Assembly (NCBI GenBank): GCA_963824495.1
Contig: CAWGPQ010000019.1
Span: forward strand, 1-57,342
Direction of reading: 5' to 3'
Source of the DNA: an uncultured bacterium
GTDB taxonomy: Bacteria > Babelota > Babeliae > Babelales > Babelaceae
DNA: 57,342 nt
The position numbers and the translations under genes were made by a program. Positions 30,669 to 41,679 of this stretch are shown here, one piece after another (position 1 is the stretch's first letter; every line of letters starts with the position of its first letter). The notes below the pieces were generated by a model. It did no database searches and was not told the DNA's origin. It saw only the letters and a program-made list of their open reading frames with translations.

Positions 30669-31728
30669 AGCGAAGTTCTTGGATAATCGCTTGGCTTTCT
30701 GGAATACTCGAAGAGGGCTGAGAAAAAATCTGGGATGATTGGCCAAATTTCATAAGGCGTAACTCACATGAGGCGAGTTCTGTCGCGTTTTGGTACCACC
30801 ACTCAAAAAGTCTATCGACAGGAGACCAAGGGTTTTCTATACCGAGCCAGTAGGTGCCCCAATGCATAGGGATAAACTGGCGAGCTTTTAGATCGAGAAA
30901 TGCCTGTCCAGCTTCTTCAGCGCTTACGTGAGAGTGTCGCATCCATGAGCTCGGCTCACATGGTGCTATGGGTATGAGCGCAACATGAATTGAGTGATAT
31001 TCTTGGGATATAGCAGAAAAATGCTTTCCATACGCAGTATCGCCAGCGAAATAAATGCTATAGGGCGAAGAAGATGCAGCGTGAGGGGCTTGGATCATCC
31101 AGCTTCCCCAGAGCGTTCGGTTACGATCAAACAAATTTCGTTGTGACCAGTGCACAGCAGGCAAGAACGTCAGAGAAACTTCGCCTGCATAAGGACGTGA
31201 AGGCTGAATCTTGAGCGTATCCCACCACATAAACTCATGAACATGTTTAAAGCCGCGTCGGTCAAACCATGGTTTATTGCCTTGGGGTACTAATACGGTA
31301 CTAGAGAACTTCTGCTCAAGTGACTTTAAGCTCGGTGCATCCATATGATCAGGGTGATTATGGGAGATAAGTATAACATCAATATGAGGAAGTTGCTTAA
31401 GCGTAAGCCCTGCTGGACTTAACCGTGGGAAAAGAAAAGAAAGATTGCCAAATACTGGATCAGTTAAAATAGTTACGCCATTTAGGGTGATCAAAAACGT
31501 AGAATGTCCAATCCATGTTATTACCGGGTACTGTTCATGAATAAGATTTGTTTGATTATTATCAGCAACACCCCATTCACGCAAACGCTCATAGCCAACT
31601 TTCTTTTGTAAAAAAGAACGCAAAAACATGACTATGGTTTTTGACAAGAGGGGCGGATGTCGCTCCCCTGCATAGTTAGCAAAACGGCCCTCAGAAAAAT
31701 GGGGATAATAGCGATGTGTTAGGGACAT
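30667..31728 (-). CDS. MBL-fold metallo-hydrolase (NAPE-PLD/RomA-like)
   Basis: TWIGHST, TDPVF, SHNHPDHMD, HWSQR, FAGDT and PMHWGT motifs. Confidence 0.9.
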   Translation of the reverse strand: MSLTHRYYPHFSEGRFANYAGERHPPLLSKTIVMFLRSFLQKKVGYERLREWGVADNNQTNLIHEQYPVITWIGHSTFLITLNGVTILTDPVFGNLSFLFPRLSPAGLTLKQLPHIDVILISHNHPDHMDAPSLKSLEQKFSSTVLVPQGNKPWFDRRGFKHVHEFMWWDTLKIQPSRPYAGEVSLTFLPAVHWSQRNLFDRNRTLWGSWMIQAPHAASSSPYSIYFAGDTAYGKHFSAISQEYHSIHVALIPIAPCEPSSWMRHSHVSAEEAGQAFLDLKARQFIPMHWGTYWLGIENPWSPVDRLFEWWYQNATELASCELRLMKFGQSSQIFSQPSSSIPESQAIIQELR

Positions 31729-31841
31729 ATCTACGATCTCTATACGATTAGCTCGTGTGATACACTATCATACATAATCTATGCTAAAAAGCATAGCTAA
31801 GCTTCGGAAAAAATCAAACGGGTTCGGACTGTGCTTGTAAT

Positions 31842-32615
31842 CTATAAGTCTATAATGTTCAAATATCTCAAGTGTTGATGGAGGCGTGCTGGTGAGATAA
31901 ATACGAGGCCTGCTATATCAGCACGAGCTGCTCCTTTAATCTTGGCAATACTGTCATCGATAAGAAGAACGTGTTTATTATGATGGCCCTCGTGATTAAG
32001 ATAGTGCTTAAATCCCTCATAAAAAATACGTTGTGGCTTATGTGCGTAGTTATTCGCCGGAACAGCAACATAAACACCATCGAACAAAGATATGACGTCC
32101 TGATTTTCGTGCTTGAGCTGCTCAAATGTTTCTTTGCCAATATTGGAAAGAATATAGAGCTTATAGCCTTTTGCCCTAAGTTCTTTTGCTATCGACAAAA
32201 CCTTACGGTCTACACTTTGTGCATTGGTTAATGCCGTAAAGCCTGCTTTTACAGAAGCTAATTCAGGGTAAAGTACAGTAAGACGGTTAAAGATATCTTC
32301 AGCTACACGTGTTTTTTTAAAAATTCTATGAGCACGATACCAGAAGACAGGGTTAATCAGATGCTTACTAACTATCAACTTATGCTGCATAGTATAAAGT
32401 CGCTTGTAAAGTTTTGTATAATCAAGGCTAAAAAGTACGTCATGTATGTCAAGGGCTATTACAATACTATTGGGGTGCGTGGTATATAACAAATCTGCAC
32501 GATAGATGCCTTGAGAAAGGTCTTGAGTAGTTCGCCGCGCTATAACTTTATATACTATGCCAAGTAGAACTGCCAGTACTATGCTGGCACTAAGTAGCTG
32601 GGTGTATACTATCAT
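31842..32615 (-). CDS. HAD-superfamily hydrolase with N-terminal TM
   Basis: LDIHDVL motif I, ILSN, KP and LIDDS. Confidence 0.8.
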   Translation of the reverse strand: MIVYTQLLSASIVLAVLLGIVYKVIARRTTQDLSQGIYRADLLYTTHPNSIVIALDIHDVLFSLDYTKLYKRLYTMQHKLIVSKHLINPVFWYRAHRIFKKTRVAEDIFNRLTVLYPELASVKAGFTALTNAQSVDRKVLSIAKELRAKGYKLYILSNIGKETFEQLKHENQDVISLFDGVYVAVPANNYAHKPQRIFYEGFKHYLNHEGHHNKHVLLIDDSIAKIKGAARADIAGLVFISPARLHQHLRYLNIIDL

Positions 32616-32636
32616 TTTCCTATTCTTTTCTTCTTT

Positions 32637-32858
32637 TTAAGCGAGAACGCCATATGCTTTTAAGTGAGCACGAAGTTTATCGTATGCTCTCTTGTCTTCA
32701 AGATGGATTGCGCTCATACCACATTGCTTGGCAGCCTCAACATTTTCTTGTATCATGCCGATCTTGTTAATGGTCGCACGTACATATCCTAATTCCCAAA
32801 ATAATAATTTTTGCATGTGCTGTAGGTGAGCATAACAAAAAAAAATAGGGCATACCAT
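32637..32858 (-). pseudogene. Remnant C-terminus of a HAD hydrolase
   Basis: ENVEAAKQCGMSAIHL resembles the HAD C-terminal segment; motif I is absent. Confidence 0.55.
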
Positions 32859-32943
32859 ACCTATTCTACCTGTCGTACTTGATATTGTTTCACGGAAGGC
32901 TCCTCATATGCTTGCAAGAAACCCTATATGGGTATCTCTTAGG

Positions 32944-33606
32944 CTAGTGAAGTAGCTTGTTAAAATCAATCTCTTGATAGCTGTCAACAATAAGATTTGA
33001 TTTTTTAACCTGTTCAAGATTGCGTGATGTATTAATGCCAATGCAGTACATGCCGGCACGTTGAGCAGCTGCAATGCCATGAGCTGAGTCTTCAATAGCA
33101 ATACAGAGTTCTGGCTTTACCTTAAGTTGGTTTGCTGCATGAAGATAGATAGCAGGGTCTGGCTTACAGACATAGCCTACTTGAGCGATACTGTACATGT
33201 GTTGTCCAAAGAAATTATGTAAGTTCAGCGCTTGTGCTGTATACTGAAGCGTCTGCTCGTCAGCATTGGTCGCTATGCCACTTTTAAGCTGATGCTTAAC
33301 TACTTGCCCATGGAATTCAACAAATCCATCAATAAATACAACGCCTTTTTTGTAAAGCTCATGTGCAATATGGGATTTTTCTTTAATAAGTTCCTCAAGG
33401 GGTTGTTTGAGGTTGAGTAGGTCTTTAATGATTTGACAGCTTTGGCGCAATGCAAGGCCGTGAATACGGCTTGAGAGCTCTTTTTTTATCTCAGGGGTAT
33501 ACTTAACGTCTTTGCTCTCGATGAGCACGCGGTTTGCTTCTGCCCAAATCTTTTCTGTGTCAACGATAGTGCCATCCATATCAAAAATAATTGCTTTATA
33601 TTTCAC
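32944..33606 (-). CDS. HAD-family phosphatase (beta-PGM/CbbY-like)
   Basis: FDMDGTIVD, KPDPAIY and IEDSAHGIAAA motifs. Confidence 0.92.
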   Translation of the reverse strand: MKYKAIIFDMDGTIVDTEKIWAEANRVLIESKDVKYTPEIKKELSSRIHGLALRQSCQIIKDLLNLKQPLEELIKEKSHIAHELYKKGVVFIDGFVEFHGQVVKHQLKSGIATNADEQTLQYTAQALNLHNFFGQHMYSIAQVGYVCKPDPAIYLHAANQLKVKPELCIAIEDSAHGIAAAQRAGMYCIGINTSRNLEQVKKSNLIVDSYQEIDFNKLLH

Positions 33607-33715
33607 ATCTTCCCCCTTTCTGCCAATCGGTTAAACTAGTATTATAATGCAAGTACTATCATAAAATCTACGAAACAAACAGTCTACTAACAGTCGCTTT
33701 TTATAAGGTAGCCAC

Positions 33716-34414
33716 ATGATTACATCATTTATACGCCGCATAACAATAGCCGTGCTCTGGGCTAGTGGGGTTATAGGAGCAAACTGCTTTAAACTAAGTT
33801 TTATTATAGGTTCTCATGCAGCATTCTTTTCGGCAAGCCAGTTTCTTATACCTGTTGCAGGATATTACGGAGGACTGAGTACGAGCATACTCCTTATGCT
33901 TGGGCCTGCCTGCATCAAGGCTCTTATCTCCGGTTCCTTGCCCTATGGTTTAGCAGTATACCATATTCCTAGCTTTTGTGGAGCACTGTACTATCGTATC
34001 TATCGTACGCAAGCAGGGAAAGGCCAACTATATGGTAAAAAGCTTATAGGTTGTATGGTTCCCCTCGTTTGTATGATACTTTTTAGTGGTCACTCGGTTG
34101 GTAGCCAGGCATGGGTGTATAGTATGTACTGGATAATACCCATAGTAACTACCTGCTTGCCGCATACAAGCCATTTTCTTCAAGCTTTGGGAAGTACTTT
34201 TACTGCCCACGCCATCGGTTCAGTTATCGCAGTATATAGTGGTACTCTTACGCCATCGCAGTGGATCGGTCTTATCCCTATAGTTGCAATCGAGCGAATT
34301 GTTTTTGCCATGGGTATTGTTGCCTGTTCGTCAGTTGTCGAAAAGCTCTATAGTGCCCCTGTTCGTCTATCTCAAGTAATGCATCAGGCAGTGCATCAAG
34401 CAGTGCGTCAATAG
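33716..34414 (+). CDS. Multi-pass membrane protein (possibly ECF S-component-like)
   Basis: About 6-7 TM segments; STFTAHAIGSV and LIPIVAIER motifs. Confidence 0.6.
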   Translation: MITSFIRRITIAVLWASGVIGANCFKLSFIIGSHAAFFSASQFLIPVAGYYGGLSTSILLMLGPACIKALISGSLPYGLAVYHIPSFCGALYYRIYRTQAGKGQLYGKKLIGCMVPLVCMILFSGHSVGSQAWVYSMYWIIPIVTTCLPHTSHFLQALGSTFTAHAIGSVIAVYSGTLTPSQWIGLIPIVAIERIVFAMGIVACSSVVEKLYSAPVRLSQVMHQAVHQAVRQ

Positions 34415-34428
34415 ATAGGAGACGAGTA

Positions 34429-35250
34429 ATGGCATTCACTAAAGCACACTATAAACTCCTGGCGGGTATGCTCTTTCTCATACTAAGTGCAATGTTTATC
34501 ATGTTAGCATACAAAAGAACTTCACATGCCCAGTCAGGTACAAGTACATTAGAGCCTTCACTGCAGCACCTGGGAATTATGATGGATGGTAATCGTCGAT
34601 GGGCACGTGAACGTGGTATTACGTCATATCTGGGACATAGGCATGGCGTTGAGCCGCTTAAAATGTCGATTGAGTTTTGCCTTGACCACAAGATACCCTA
34701 CCTAACGTTGTATGCTTTTTCGTTGGAAAATTTTAAGCGATCAGCTGAAGAGCTTACCTACTTGTTTGATGTTCTTGCTCAAGAAATAGCTCAAAAAGAG
34801 CTCAATGCTCTGTTTAAGCAGGGGGTGCGGGTGCGGTTTATTGGCGATCGCTCTTATTGCCCTGAGCCGCTTAAGCCTATTCTTGAGAAAGTCGAGCGTG
34901 AGACGGCAACAGGGAACCAGCTCAATCTTGATATTCTTTTTTGCTATGGTGGTCAACAAGAGATTGTTCATGCTGTAAAAACCCTGTGTGCTCGTATACG
35001 AGAAGGCGTGCTTTCTGAGCATGATATTTCATCTCAAACTTTTGCCGAATGCTTATGGACGAGTCCGACACCACCTCCCGATCTTATTATTCGTACTGGG
35101 GGGGATAAGCGGTTAAGTAATTTCTTGACGTATCAATCAGCCTATAGTGAATTATACTTCTTAGATTGTTATTGGCCTGATATCACGCGAGAACACTTAA
35201 CCAAAGTACTTGAAGAATTTAATCAGCGTGAAAGAAGATATGGAACATGA
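34429..35250 (+). CDS. uppS: Undecaprenyl diphosphate synthase
   Basis: HLGIMMDGNRRWA, YAFSLENFKR and IRTGGDKRLSNFL motifs; extra N-terminal TM. Confidence 0.96.
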   Translation: MAFTKAHYKLLAGMLFLILSAMFIMLAYKRTSHAQSGTSTLEPSLQHLGIMMDGNRRWARERGITSYLGHRHGVEPLKMSIEFCLDHKIPYLTLYAFSLENFKRSAEELTYLFDVLAQEIAQKELNALFKQGVRVRFIGDRSYCPEPLKPILEKVERETATGNQLNLDILFCYGGQQEIVHAVKTLCARIREGVLSEHDISSQTFAECLWTSPTPPPDLIIRTGGDKRLSNFLTYQSAYSELYFLDCYWPDITREHLTKVLEEFNQRERRYGT

Positions 35251-36239
35251 AGTCAGTTTGTATTATAGGTGATGGGGCATGGGGCACTGCGGTAGCAACC
35301 GTACTGGCAACTAACCAAGTACCAGTAAAGCTGTGGTGCTATGATCCTGCTGTAGCTCATAGTATCTCCACAATAGGCATTAACGAGCGATATTTGCCAG
35401 GCATTAAGCTTTCCCCCCGTATTACGCCGACGTCCAGTCTTGAGTGGGCACTTGCTGATAGTACCTGGGTTTTCGTTGCGCTACCGGTTATCTATATACG
35501 ATCTGTGCTCCTACAAGCCATACTCTATACTCATAATAATCACGATAATCAACGATGGGCAATACTCAGTAAAGGTATTGAGAATAACACGTTGTTATGT
35601 GCTGGTGATCTTGTAGCGAGCTTAATCCCTCAAATAAGCCCTCCCGTTATCGTATCAGGTCCTAGTTATGCCCATGAAGTAGCATGTGGTCAACTAACGG
35701 CTGTCACTCTCGCCTGCTCTGTTATCAAAAATGCCCAGGATCTGGCTTGTCTGCTTGCGACTCCCTATTTTTTAACGACCTGTTCATCTGATAGCACAGG
35801 TGTTCAGGTAACCGGTGCAGTTAAAAATGTTATCGCTTTGGGTATGGGTATGCTTGATGGAGCCGGCTATCAGGATAATACAAAAGCACTTATGTTCGTG
35901 CAAGCGATACGGGAAATTAAAGAGCTGATTAAGATTATGGGTGGGGATCAAGCAACATTTGATGGTCTGTCAGGCATAGGTGACCTTGTACTGACTGCTT
36001 ATGGAAAAAGCAGTCGTAATCGCAAAGCAGGACAGCTTATAGGTCAAGGTATGTCTATTGATGATCTTAAAGATACATTACACTCTTTGCCTGAAAGCAT
36101 AAATACTGTTCGATCGCTTACTCAACTTGCCCAAAAGTACAAAATAACTCTTCCCGTTTGTATGAGTATCTATGACGTTGTGTATAATAACAGGCCTATT
36201 AGCTATTTTATTTGTCGGGTGCGTAATTCTCTTACGTAG
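35247..36239 (+). CDS. gpsA: NAD(P)H-dependent glycerol-3-phosphate dehydrogenase
   Basis: GDGAWGTA, SKGIE, SGPSYA, KNVIA and GIGDLVLT..SRN motifs. Confidence 0.95.
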   Translation: MKSVCIIGDGAWGTAVATVLATNQVPVKLWCYDPAVAHSISTIGINERYLPGIKLSPRITPTSSLEWALADSTWVFVALPVIYIRSVLLQAILYTHNNHDNQRWAILSKGIENNTLLCAGDLVASLIPQISPPVIVSGPSYAHEVACGQLTAVTLACSVIKNAQDLACLLATPYFLTTCSSDSTGVQVTGAVKNVIALGMGMLDGAGYQDNTKALMFVQAIREIKELIKIMGGDQATFDGLSGIGDLVLTAYGKSSRNRKAGQLIGQGMSIDDLKDTLHSLPESINTVRSLTQLAQKYKITLPVCMSIYDVVYNNRPISYFICRVRNSLT

Positions 36240-36252
36240 GCTAAAAATGATC

Positions 36253-37127
36253 TTAAGCCGAAGGCCCCGAGGGAGCTGCAGCTCCGGGAGCCATAGCGTA
36301 GTGGGCAACGAGAGCAGCAATCTCAGCCGGAAGGTTAACGCCTCCTGGCAGATTCGTCAGCTCACCGACTTGCCCCGCCCGTGTTACTAAACCAAATACA
36401 GCTTGACCTGCATATCTCTCAAGGAGATCAGCAATTTCAGTATGATTGTTTCTAAGGGCAAGAACCCATGCTGAAGCACCTTTGTTATTAAAGAGGTTAA
36501 CTTGGGCGTTTATATCCAAGTAGCTGCTACGTGCTGCATAACGTAATGGTGTATTACCACCATTATCACGAATATTGACGTTAGTAGTGCGTCCAAGTAA
36601 CTCATTAACCGTTTGTTCATCATTACGAGCGGCTGCCCAATGTAATGTTGTCATGCCGAAATTATCTTGAGCATTTATAGTTGTTTGTTGTAATTCAGCA
36701 AAAATTTGAGCAATACTTTCTCTATTGCCAGTAATAATTGCTATAGCCAATGGTGAAACATTACCTGCTTTTAATAAACCAGGTATATATCCACTGTATT
36801 TTGCTTCAGATGGTATGTGAGCATTATGGAGTAAAAGCAACTTAACTACATCTTGATGATTATGGCCTATTGCTCCACTTCAGCTGCATTGAGGAGAGCG
36901 GTCCAGTCAATACAATTGGCACAATTAACGTCAACCCCTTGGTCTAATAACAAGACGACCTCTTGAAGATTGCCTCGTTCTGCAGCGTTAAGTAATTTGA
37001 GATTGAGTTTTGCTTGTTGCTTAGGCGTAAGGTGCTCCATGCTGAAGATAAGAGTATTACGAGAAGCTAGCATAAACATGCTTGCTATGAAGTTAAGAGT
37101 GGTTATACATTTAGTCTTCACGGTCAT
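36253..37127 (-). pseudogene. Split secreted ankyrin-repeat gene (ORFs 36867..37127 and 36253..36840)
   Basis: Leader paralogous to the 40486 gene (SMEHLT..QQ.KLN); ANK repeats in both parts; C-terminal LPAEIAALVAHY. Confidence 0.8.
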
Positions 37128-37176
37128 GTCCTTATATTAGAGACCTGCCCTGCTATATAAATAAATTATGTATTTT

Positions 37177-37206
37177 AATATATAGGATAAAATTACGGTT
37201 TGTCAA
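37177..37206 (-). promoter_or_regulatory. Sigma70-type promoter shared with the 40486 ankyrin paralogue
   Basis: Minus strand TTGACAAACCGTAATTTTATCCTATATATT matches TTGACAATTCGTAACTTTATCTTACTATAGT at 40372. Confidence 0.6.
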
Positions 37207-37307
37207 GAGATAAGTTGCATAAAGAAATACTATTCTTTATAGATAGCTGATCTTATAAGAATAATTCAGGGCTTTGTTAACTCAATGTTTGAAGATACGC
37301 ATATCCC

Positions 37308-37881
37308 TTATCCTATTTCTTGTTTTTCAAGTTCAGCTTCTATTTCTTCAACAGTAGGCAAGCTGCTTTTGAGATTCTTTGGTAGTCTTTCTACAATTTG
37401 TGCTTCATAGCCTGCGACACCAATTGGTTTGTTAATATCACGTAGCGCATACTCAGCTACAATAGTGTTTTTTGTTCTACACAGCAGTATACCAATAGTT
37501 GGATTATCATGTTTTGATTTTAATTGATCATCGACAACTGAAAGATAAAAGTTCAATTGTCCAGCGTCACGAGGATCGAACTCACCAGTTTTAAGTTCAA
37601 CAACGATAAAGCAATGGAGTTTATAGTGATAAAACAGGAGATCAATATAGTAATCATTTTCTCCCACACTTAAATGATATTGTCTTCCAACGAATGCAAA
37701 TCCCTTGCCAAGTTCAAGTAATAGTTTCTGCACGTTATTAGCAAGACCGTGTTCTACGTCTCTTTCAACGTAATCACTATGTAACGTTAAGAAATCAAAC
37801 ACATAGGGATCTTTAAGTGATTGTCTCGCCATATCTGATTGAGGAGTAGGCAGTGTTCTTGTAAAGTTGGTTGTGGCTTTA
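37308..37881 (-). pseudogene. 5'-truncated YhcG/DUF1016 PD-(D/E)XK nuclease-like gene
   Basis: KATTNF..TLP.PQSD...KDPYVFDFL, LLELGKGFAFVGRQ, IDLLFY, VVELK and GQLNFY motifs. Similarity starts right at the stop codon of the upstream ankyrin gene; the N-terminal domain is absent. Confidence 0.85.
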
Positions 37882-39189
37882 TTAGAGATGAGAGTTATCC
37901 TGATTGTTGGGGGCAACATTACCCATAACAAAGCCCATAACGGTGTGTACAACTTCAGGCGGAAGATTACCAAGGCGCCCTTCGTTACGACCTGCTTGAT
38001 TTACACGCCATAAGACTGTTTGTGCAGCGTGATTCTCCAAAAAGCAAATTGTTTCTTCTTGGTTATGATGGCGAGCGACACCCCATGCTGTATGTCCATC
38101 GCGATTTGTTATGTCAACGCGAGCTTCAGCAGAAAGTAATGCTTGTAGCACAGGTATATTGCCCCGTCGTCTTGCAGCCACATGTAATGGCGTTTCACCC
38201 TGATTATTTTGTGCATTAAGTAGCGCCGGTTGAGCACGTAACAAAAGGGATATAAGGGCGGCATGCCCGTTTCGGGCAGCCACATGTAAGGGAGTATCGC
38301 CGTGCTCATCAAGCACTTGGGCATTAAAGCCATAATCAAGTAATAGTTTTACTATTTCAGCATGGCCCTGCGCTGCAGCCCAATGAAGTGGTGTAAAGTG
38401 CCTCCTTGGGTTATTAGTATTAAAAAGCTGATACACAAGCCTGCCAACTTTTTCTAGACTATCAAGTATGAAATCGTTAGGGGAAGCACTGATCCCAAGC
38501 AGCTCTTTAACACGTTCTACATCGCCAAAGATGCAGGCTAAAGATAGTTTATTTGGAACGTGCTCGGCAAGAGCACCCATTATATGTGGATTATTTTTGA
38601 TAAATCTGTCATTGCTGCATACACCATAACGCAAGAACAAAGGAATCATTTCCCCGACGGATCTCGCTGATATAGAGAAGTAAGGCCATATGCCCCACCT
38701 ATTAGGTTGTCTAAAGTTAGCACCATGCCGCAAGAGCACTTCAGCAAGACGTATATTGCCAAAATTTGCTGCACCATGTAATGGTGTTGCGCCATCGTTG
38801 TTAGGACGGTTAACTTCAGCACCTACTTGTATGAGTAATTCAGCAATTCCTTGAGGATCATCAAGGGTAGCAATGATATGCAAGGGTGTATCACCATCCA
38901 TCCCGGCAAGATTAACGTTTGCATGGCGAGATAAAAGAAGACGCACAAGTTCCAAGTGTCTGCCACGTACAGCTAGATAAAGCGCTGTATTTCCATGTTC
39001 GTACCTATGATCTACGCCAATGATATTTTCATCTAAGAGCGAGGCTGCTTTTTCGGTATCTCCATCTTCAAGAGCCTGTCTTAATTCAGAGGTTACTCTG
39101 AGCTTAGCCTGTTCGATGTCCATAGCAAGAGCAGGAGTAAAAAATAAGCATAAAAGTAAAAATTTCTTATAGTTTATAATCATATACAA
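37882..39189 (-). CDS. Secreted ankyrin-repeat protein with C-terminal F-box-like motif
   Basis: Signal peptide (TPALA-MD); about 8 ANK repeats; C-terminal GNLPPEVVHTVMGF. Confidence 0.9.
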   Translation of the reverse strand: MYMIINYKKFLLLCLFFTPALAMDIEQAKLRVTSELRQALEDGDTEKAASLLDENIIGVDHRYEHGNTALYLAVRGRHLELVRLLLSRHANVNLAGMDGDTPLHIIATLDDPQGIAELLIQVGAEVNRPNNDGATPLHGAANFGNIRLAEVLLRHGANFRQPNRWGIWPYFSISARSVGEMIPLFLRYGVCSNDRFIKNNPHIMGALAEHVPNKLSLACIFGDVERVKELLGISASPNDFILDSLEKVGRLVYQLFNTNNPRRHFTPLHWAAAQGHAEIVKLLLDYGFNAQVLDEHGDTPLHVAARNGHAALISLLLRAQPALLNAQNNQGETPLHVAARRRGNIPVLQALLSAEARVDITNRDGHTAWGVARHHNQEETICFLENHAAQTVLWRVNQAGRNEGRLGNLPPEVVHTVMGFVMGNVAPNNQDNSHL

Positions 39190-39224
39190 GGGACCTTTTT
39201 TTATATCAAATTATTAGTATTTAT

Positions 39225-39259
39225 ATTTTATCATTTATTTTATCATTTATTTTATCATT
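39225..39259. repeat. Tandem repeat ATTTTATCATTT x~3
   Basis: 12-bp units at 39225, 39237 and 39249 (last copy 11/12), upstream of the ankyrin gene. Confidence 0.85.
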
Positions 39260-39296
39260 GTAACAAATTGATATAAAAACGCAAATCAAGAGCTGC

Positions 39297-40178
39297 TCAA
39301 GAAGATAGATTTATAAATCTTTCAAGTATAAATTTTTTTATTTCGTCACTATAAGTTGTATCATGTAAAGCAAGATCAATCACTGCTTTTACCCAGCTAC
39401 AGGGTGTACCCGTGTCATATCGTGTGCCTGATATTTTATAAGCAAGTACACGTTCACCATCGCGTATCATATGAGCGATACCGTCGGTAAGCTGTACCTC
39501 ACCTAGAACTGAGGGGCTTAGGTGATCCAGGGCACAGAAAATTTTGTCAGATAAAATATAGCGCCCAATAATTGCTAAGTTAGAAGACGCATCTTTTTCA
39601 GCTGGTTTTTCTTGTACGTTATTAATTTCAAAAAGATGTGAAGTAAGTTGGTTTTGTATAGCAATAACACCATATGATGAAATGCTTGATAAAGGAACTT
39701 CTTGAACTGCCATAACACTTGCTTTCTCTTGATGTGCCAAAGACATAAGTTGGGCAAGCGTTGGCTGAGTATCAACAATAATATCGTCAGGTAACATAAC
39801 GCCAAAATATTCATGAGGGCTAATGGCATGGCGGGCTCTAAGCACAGCGTCACCTAATCCTCGAGGATTATCTTGATTAATATACGTAATGTGTGTGGTA
39901 CGGGTAATTTCTTCTAGGGCTGACAAGCGCATATGATTATGCTTGCTTTTAAGAGATGTTGTTAATTGAGCAGCAGGCGTGAAATGATTGGCAATTGCTT
40001 CTTTGCCATTACCGGTAATAAGTAAAAAGTTATTAATACCGGAATCAATTGCTTCTTCAATAACGTACTGGATTGCTGGCTTATCAAGTAAAGGTATCAT
40101 TTCTTTAGGGACAGCTTTGGTAAAAGGGAGAAAGCGAGTGCCCAAACCAGCAGCAGGTATAACAACTTTGTGTATCAT
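39297..40178 (-). CDS. galU: UTP--glucose-1-phosphate uridylyltransferase
   Basis: KVVIPAAGLGTRFLPFTKAVPKEM, GLGDAV, LPDD and EVQLTDGI motifs. Start placed at MIHKVV. Confidence 0.95.
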   Translation of the reverse strand: MIHKVVIPAAGLGTRFLPFTKAVPKEMIPLLDKPAIQYVIEEAIDSGINNFLLITGNGKEAIANHFTPAAQLTTSLKSKHNHMRLSALEEITRTTHITYINQDNPRGLGDAVLRARHAISPHEYFGVMLPDDIIVDTQPTLAQLMSLAHQEKASVMAVQEVPLSSISSYGVIAIQNQLTSHLFEINNVQEKPAEKDASSNLAIIGRYILSDKIFCALDHLSPSVLGEVQLTDGIAHMIRDGERVLAYKISGTRYDTGTPCSWVKAVIDLALHDTTYSDEIKKFILERFINLSS

Positions 40179-40371
40179 AACTATATCACCATATGTTGAC
40201 CCCAAAAATATTAAAGAATCGTAGAGTGCGCTTTGATCGAAAAAATATTGTAGTGAAAGTAGATATTGCGAACTTTGCCTTCGTGATCTATACCTAATAG
40301 CATAATCAATCATTATGGTACTAGTCAATGAGATAGTATTACGTGCAGAGGATACCGTATGCAGGTTTTCA

Positions 40372-40402
40372 TTGACAATTCGTAACTTTATCTTACTATA
40401 GT
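40372..40402 (+). promoter_or_regulatory. Sigma70-type promoter of the ankyrin gene
   Basis: TTGACA-16-TACTAT; homologous to 37177-37206. Confidence 0.6.
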
Positions 40403-40485
40403 AAAATTCATAATCTATTTATCGCAGCAAGGCTTAATTAGATTATGAATATTATTTTTAACCATTTTACTGTAAGGGTATTGTC

Positions 40486-41664
40486 ATGAAGACTAAGTTA
40501 CTGACCATTCTTACGTTCATAACAAGCATGTTTATGTTAGTTTCCTATAACACTCTTATTTTAAGTATGGAGCACCTTACCTCTGAGCAACAAACAAAAC
40601 TTAACGAAGAACCACTCAAAGCTGTAAAGACCAATGATGCTCAAACGGTAGTTTTGTTATTAGACCAGGGAGCTAATATCAATCACATTGACTTATTTGG
40701 CGTTGGTGCTCTTCGATATGCAGATGGACGTGGTTATACAAAGATGGTTAGATTACTTATAGAGCGTGGTGCTGATGTTAACCACATTGATATTTTTGGC
40801 AGTACTCCTCTTATGGCTGCAGCTGGAGTTGGGCATGCAGAAGTAGCTAAAGTGCTTATAGAGCGTGGGGCTAATGTTAATCATGCTGATCATCGTGGCA
40901 ATACTGCTCTTCAATCTCCAGCTGGACATGGTTATACAGAGGCAGTTAGATTACTTATAGATCATGGAGCAAGAATACCAACGGAAGAATATCTTCAAAG
41001 AGTTGCTCAGCAATATCCCGACACTCCCGCGCTACTAGAAAATGCGAGACAAGCTCCAGTGAATACATTTGCGGGTAATGGGCTTACTTATGCAGCAGCT
41101 CGAGGAGATGCAGCAACTGTACATACATTACTTTCTACCTTGCCTAAACCAGTTATTATGGCAAACGCAGCCACTCAAGGTCAAGCCCAGCCTTAATCAC
41201 CTCAAGCACAGTCGTTGCTCCAAAAAGCTAGAAATTTGCTTGCTTCTTACGCGATACTCATACCATTACTCCCTCAAACCCTTAACATTAACCATCAAGA
41301 TACTCATGATATGACAGCATTACATTGGGCTGCTGCTCAAGGTGTGCTAATATTGTGCGTGATCTACTTAATGCTGGAGCCAACTGGAGATTAGACAATG
41401 CGGAAGGGTTAACAGCATATCGGCTTGCTGAAAGAAATAGAATTGAGGCAACTGCTGCGCATAATACTGCCCGAGCGCAAGAATTTCAGGGGTCATGGAT
41501 GCCATTACGAACTATCTCACACGTGGTACTGCAGCAATGACCCTACAGCGTGCGTTTAGGCAACTAACCAGAAGTGGGAAGAAGCTCCAAAAGAAATAAT
41601 ACAAATGATTGTGGAGCAGAATATTCCTCGACGCTTTCCTTTTGGTGGTAGCGACAGTAGATAG
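40486..41664 (+). pseudogene. Secreted ankyrin-repeat gene with a premature stop and frameshifts
   Basis: TAA at 41194-41196 where the 44693 paralogue has CAA (QAQPQSPQAQSLL). Downstream frames continue MTALHWAAAQG, IVRDLLNAGANWRL and APKEIIQMIVEQ to TAG at 41664. Confidence 0.88.
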
Positions 41665-41679
41665 TTCTGTCTACCACAC

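Noticed and set aside
37882..37973. N-terminal 30 residues of the YhcG ORF
   Set aside because: They are an alternative frame of the ankyrin gene's 3' end, not YhcG sequence.
40179..40328. Long N-terminus of the galU ORF
   Set aside because: Family similarity begins at MIHKVV; the upstream part has no support.
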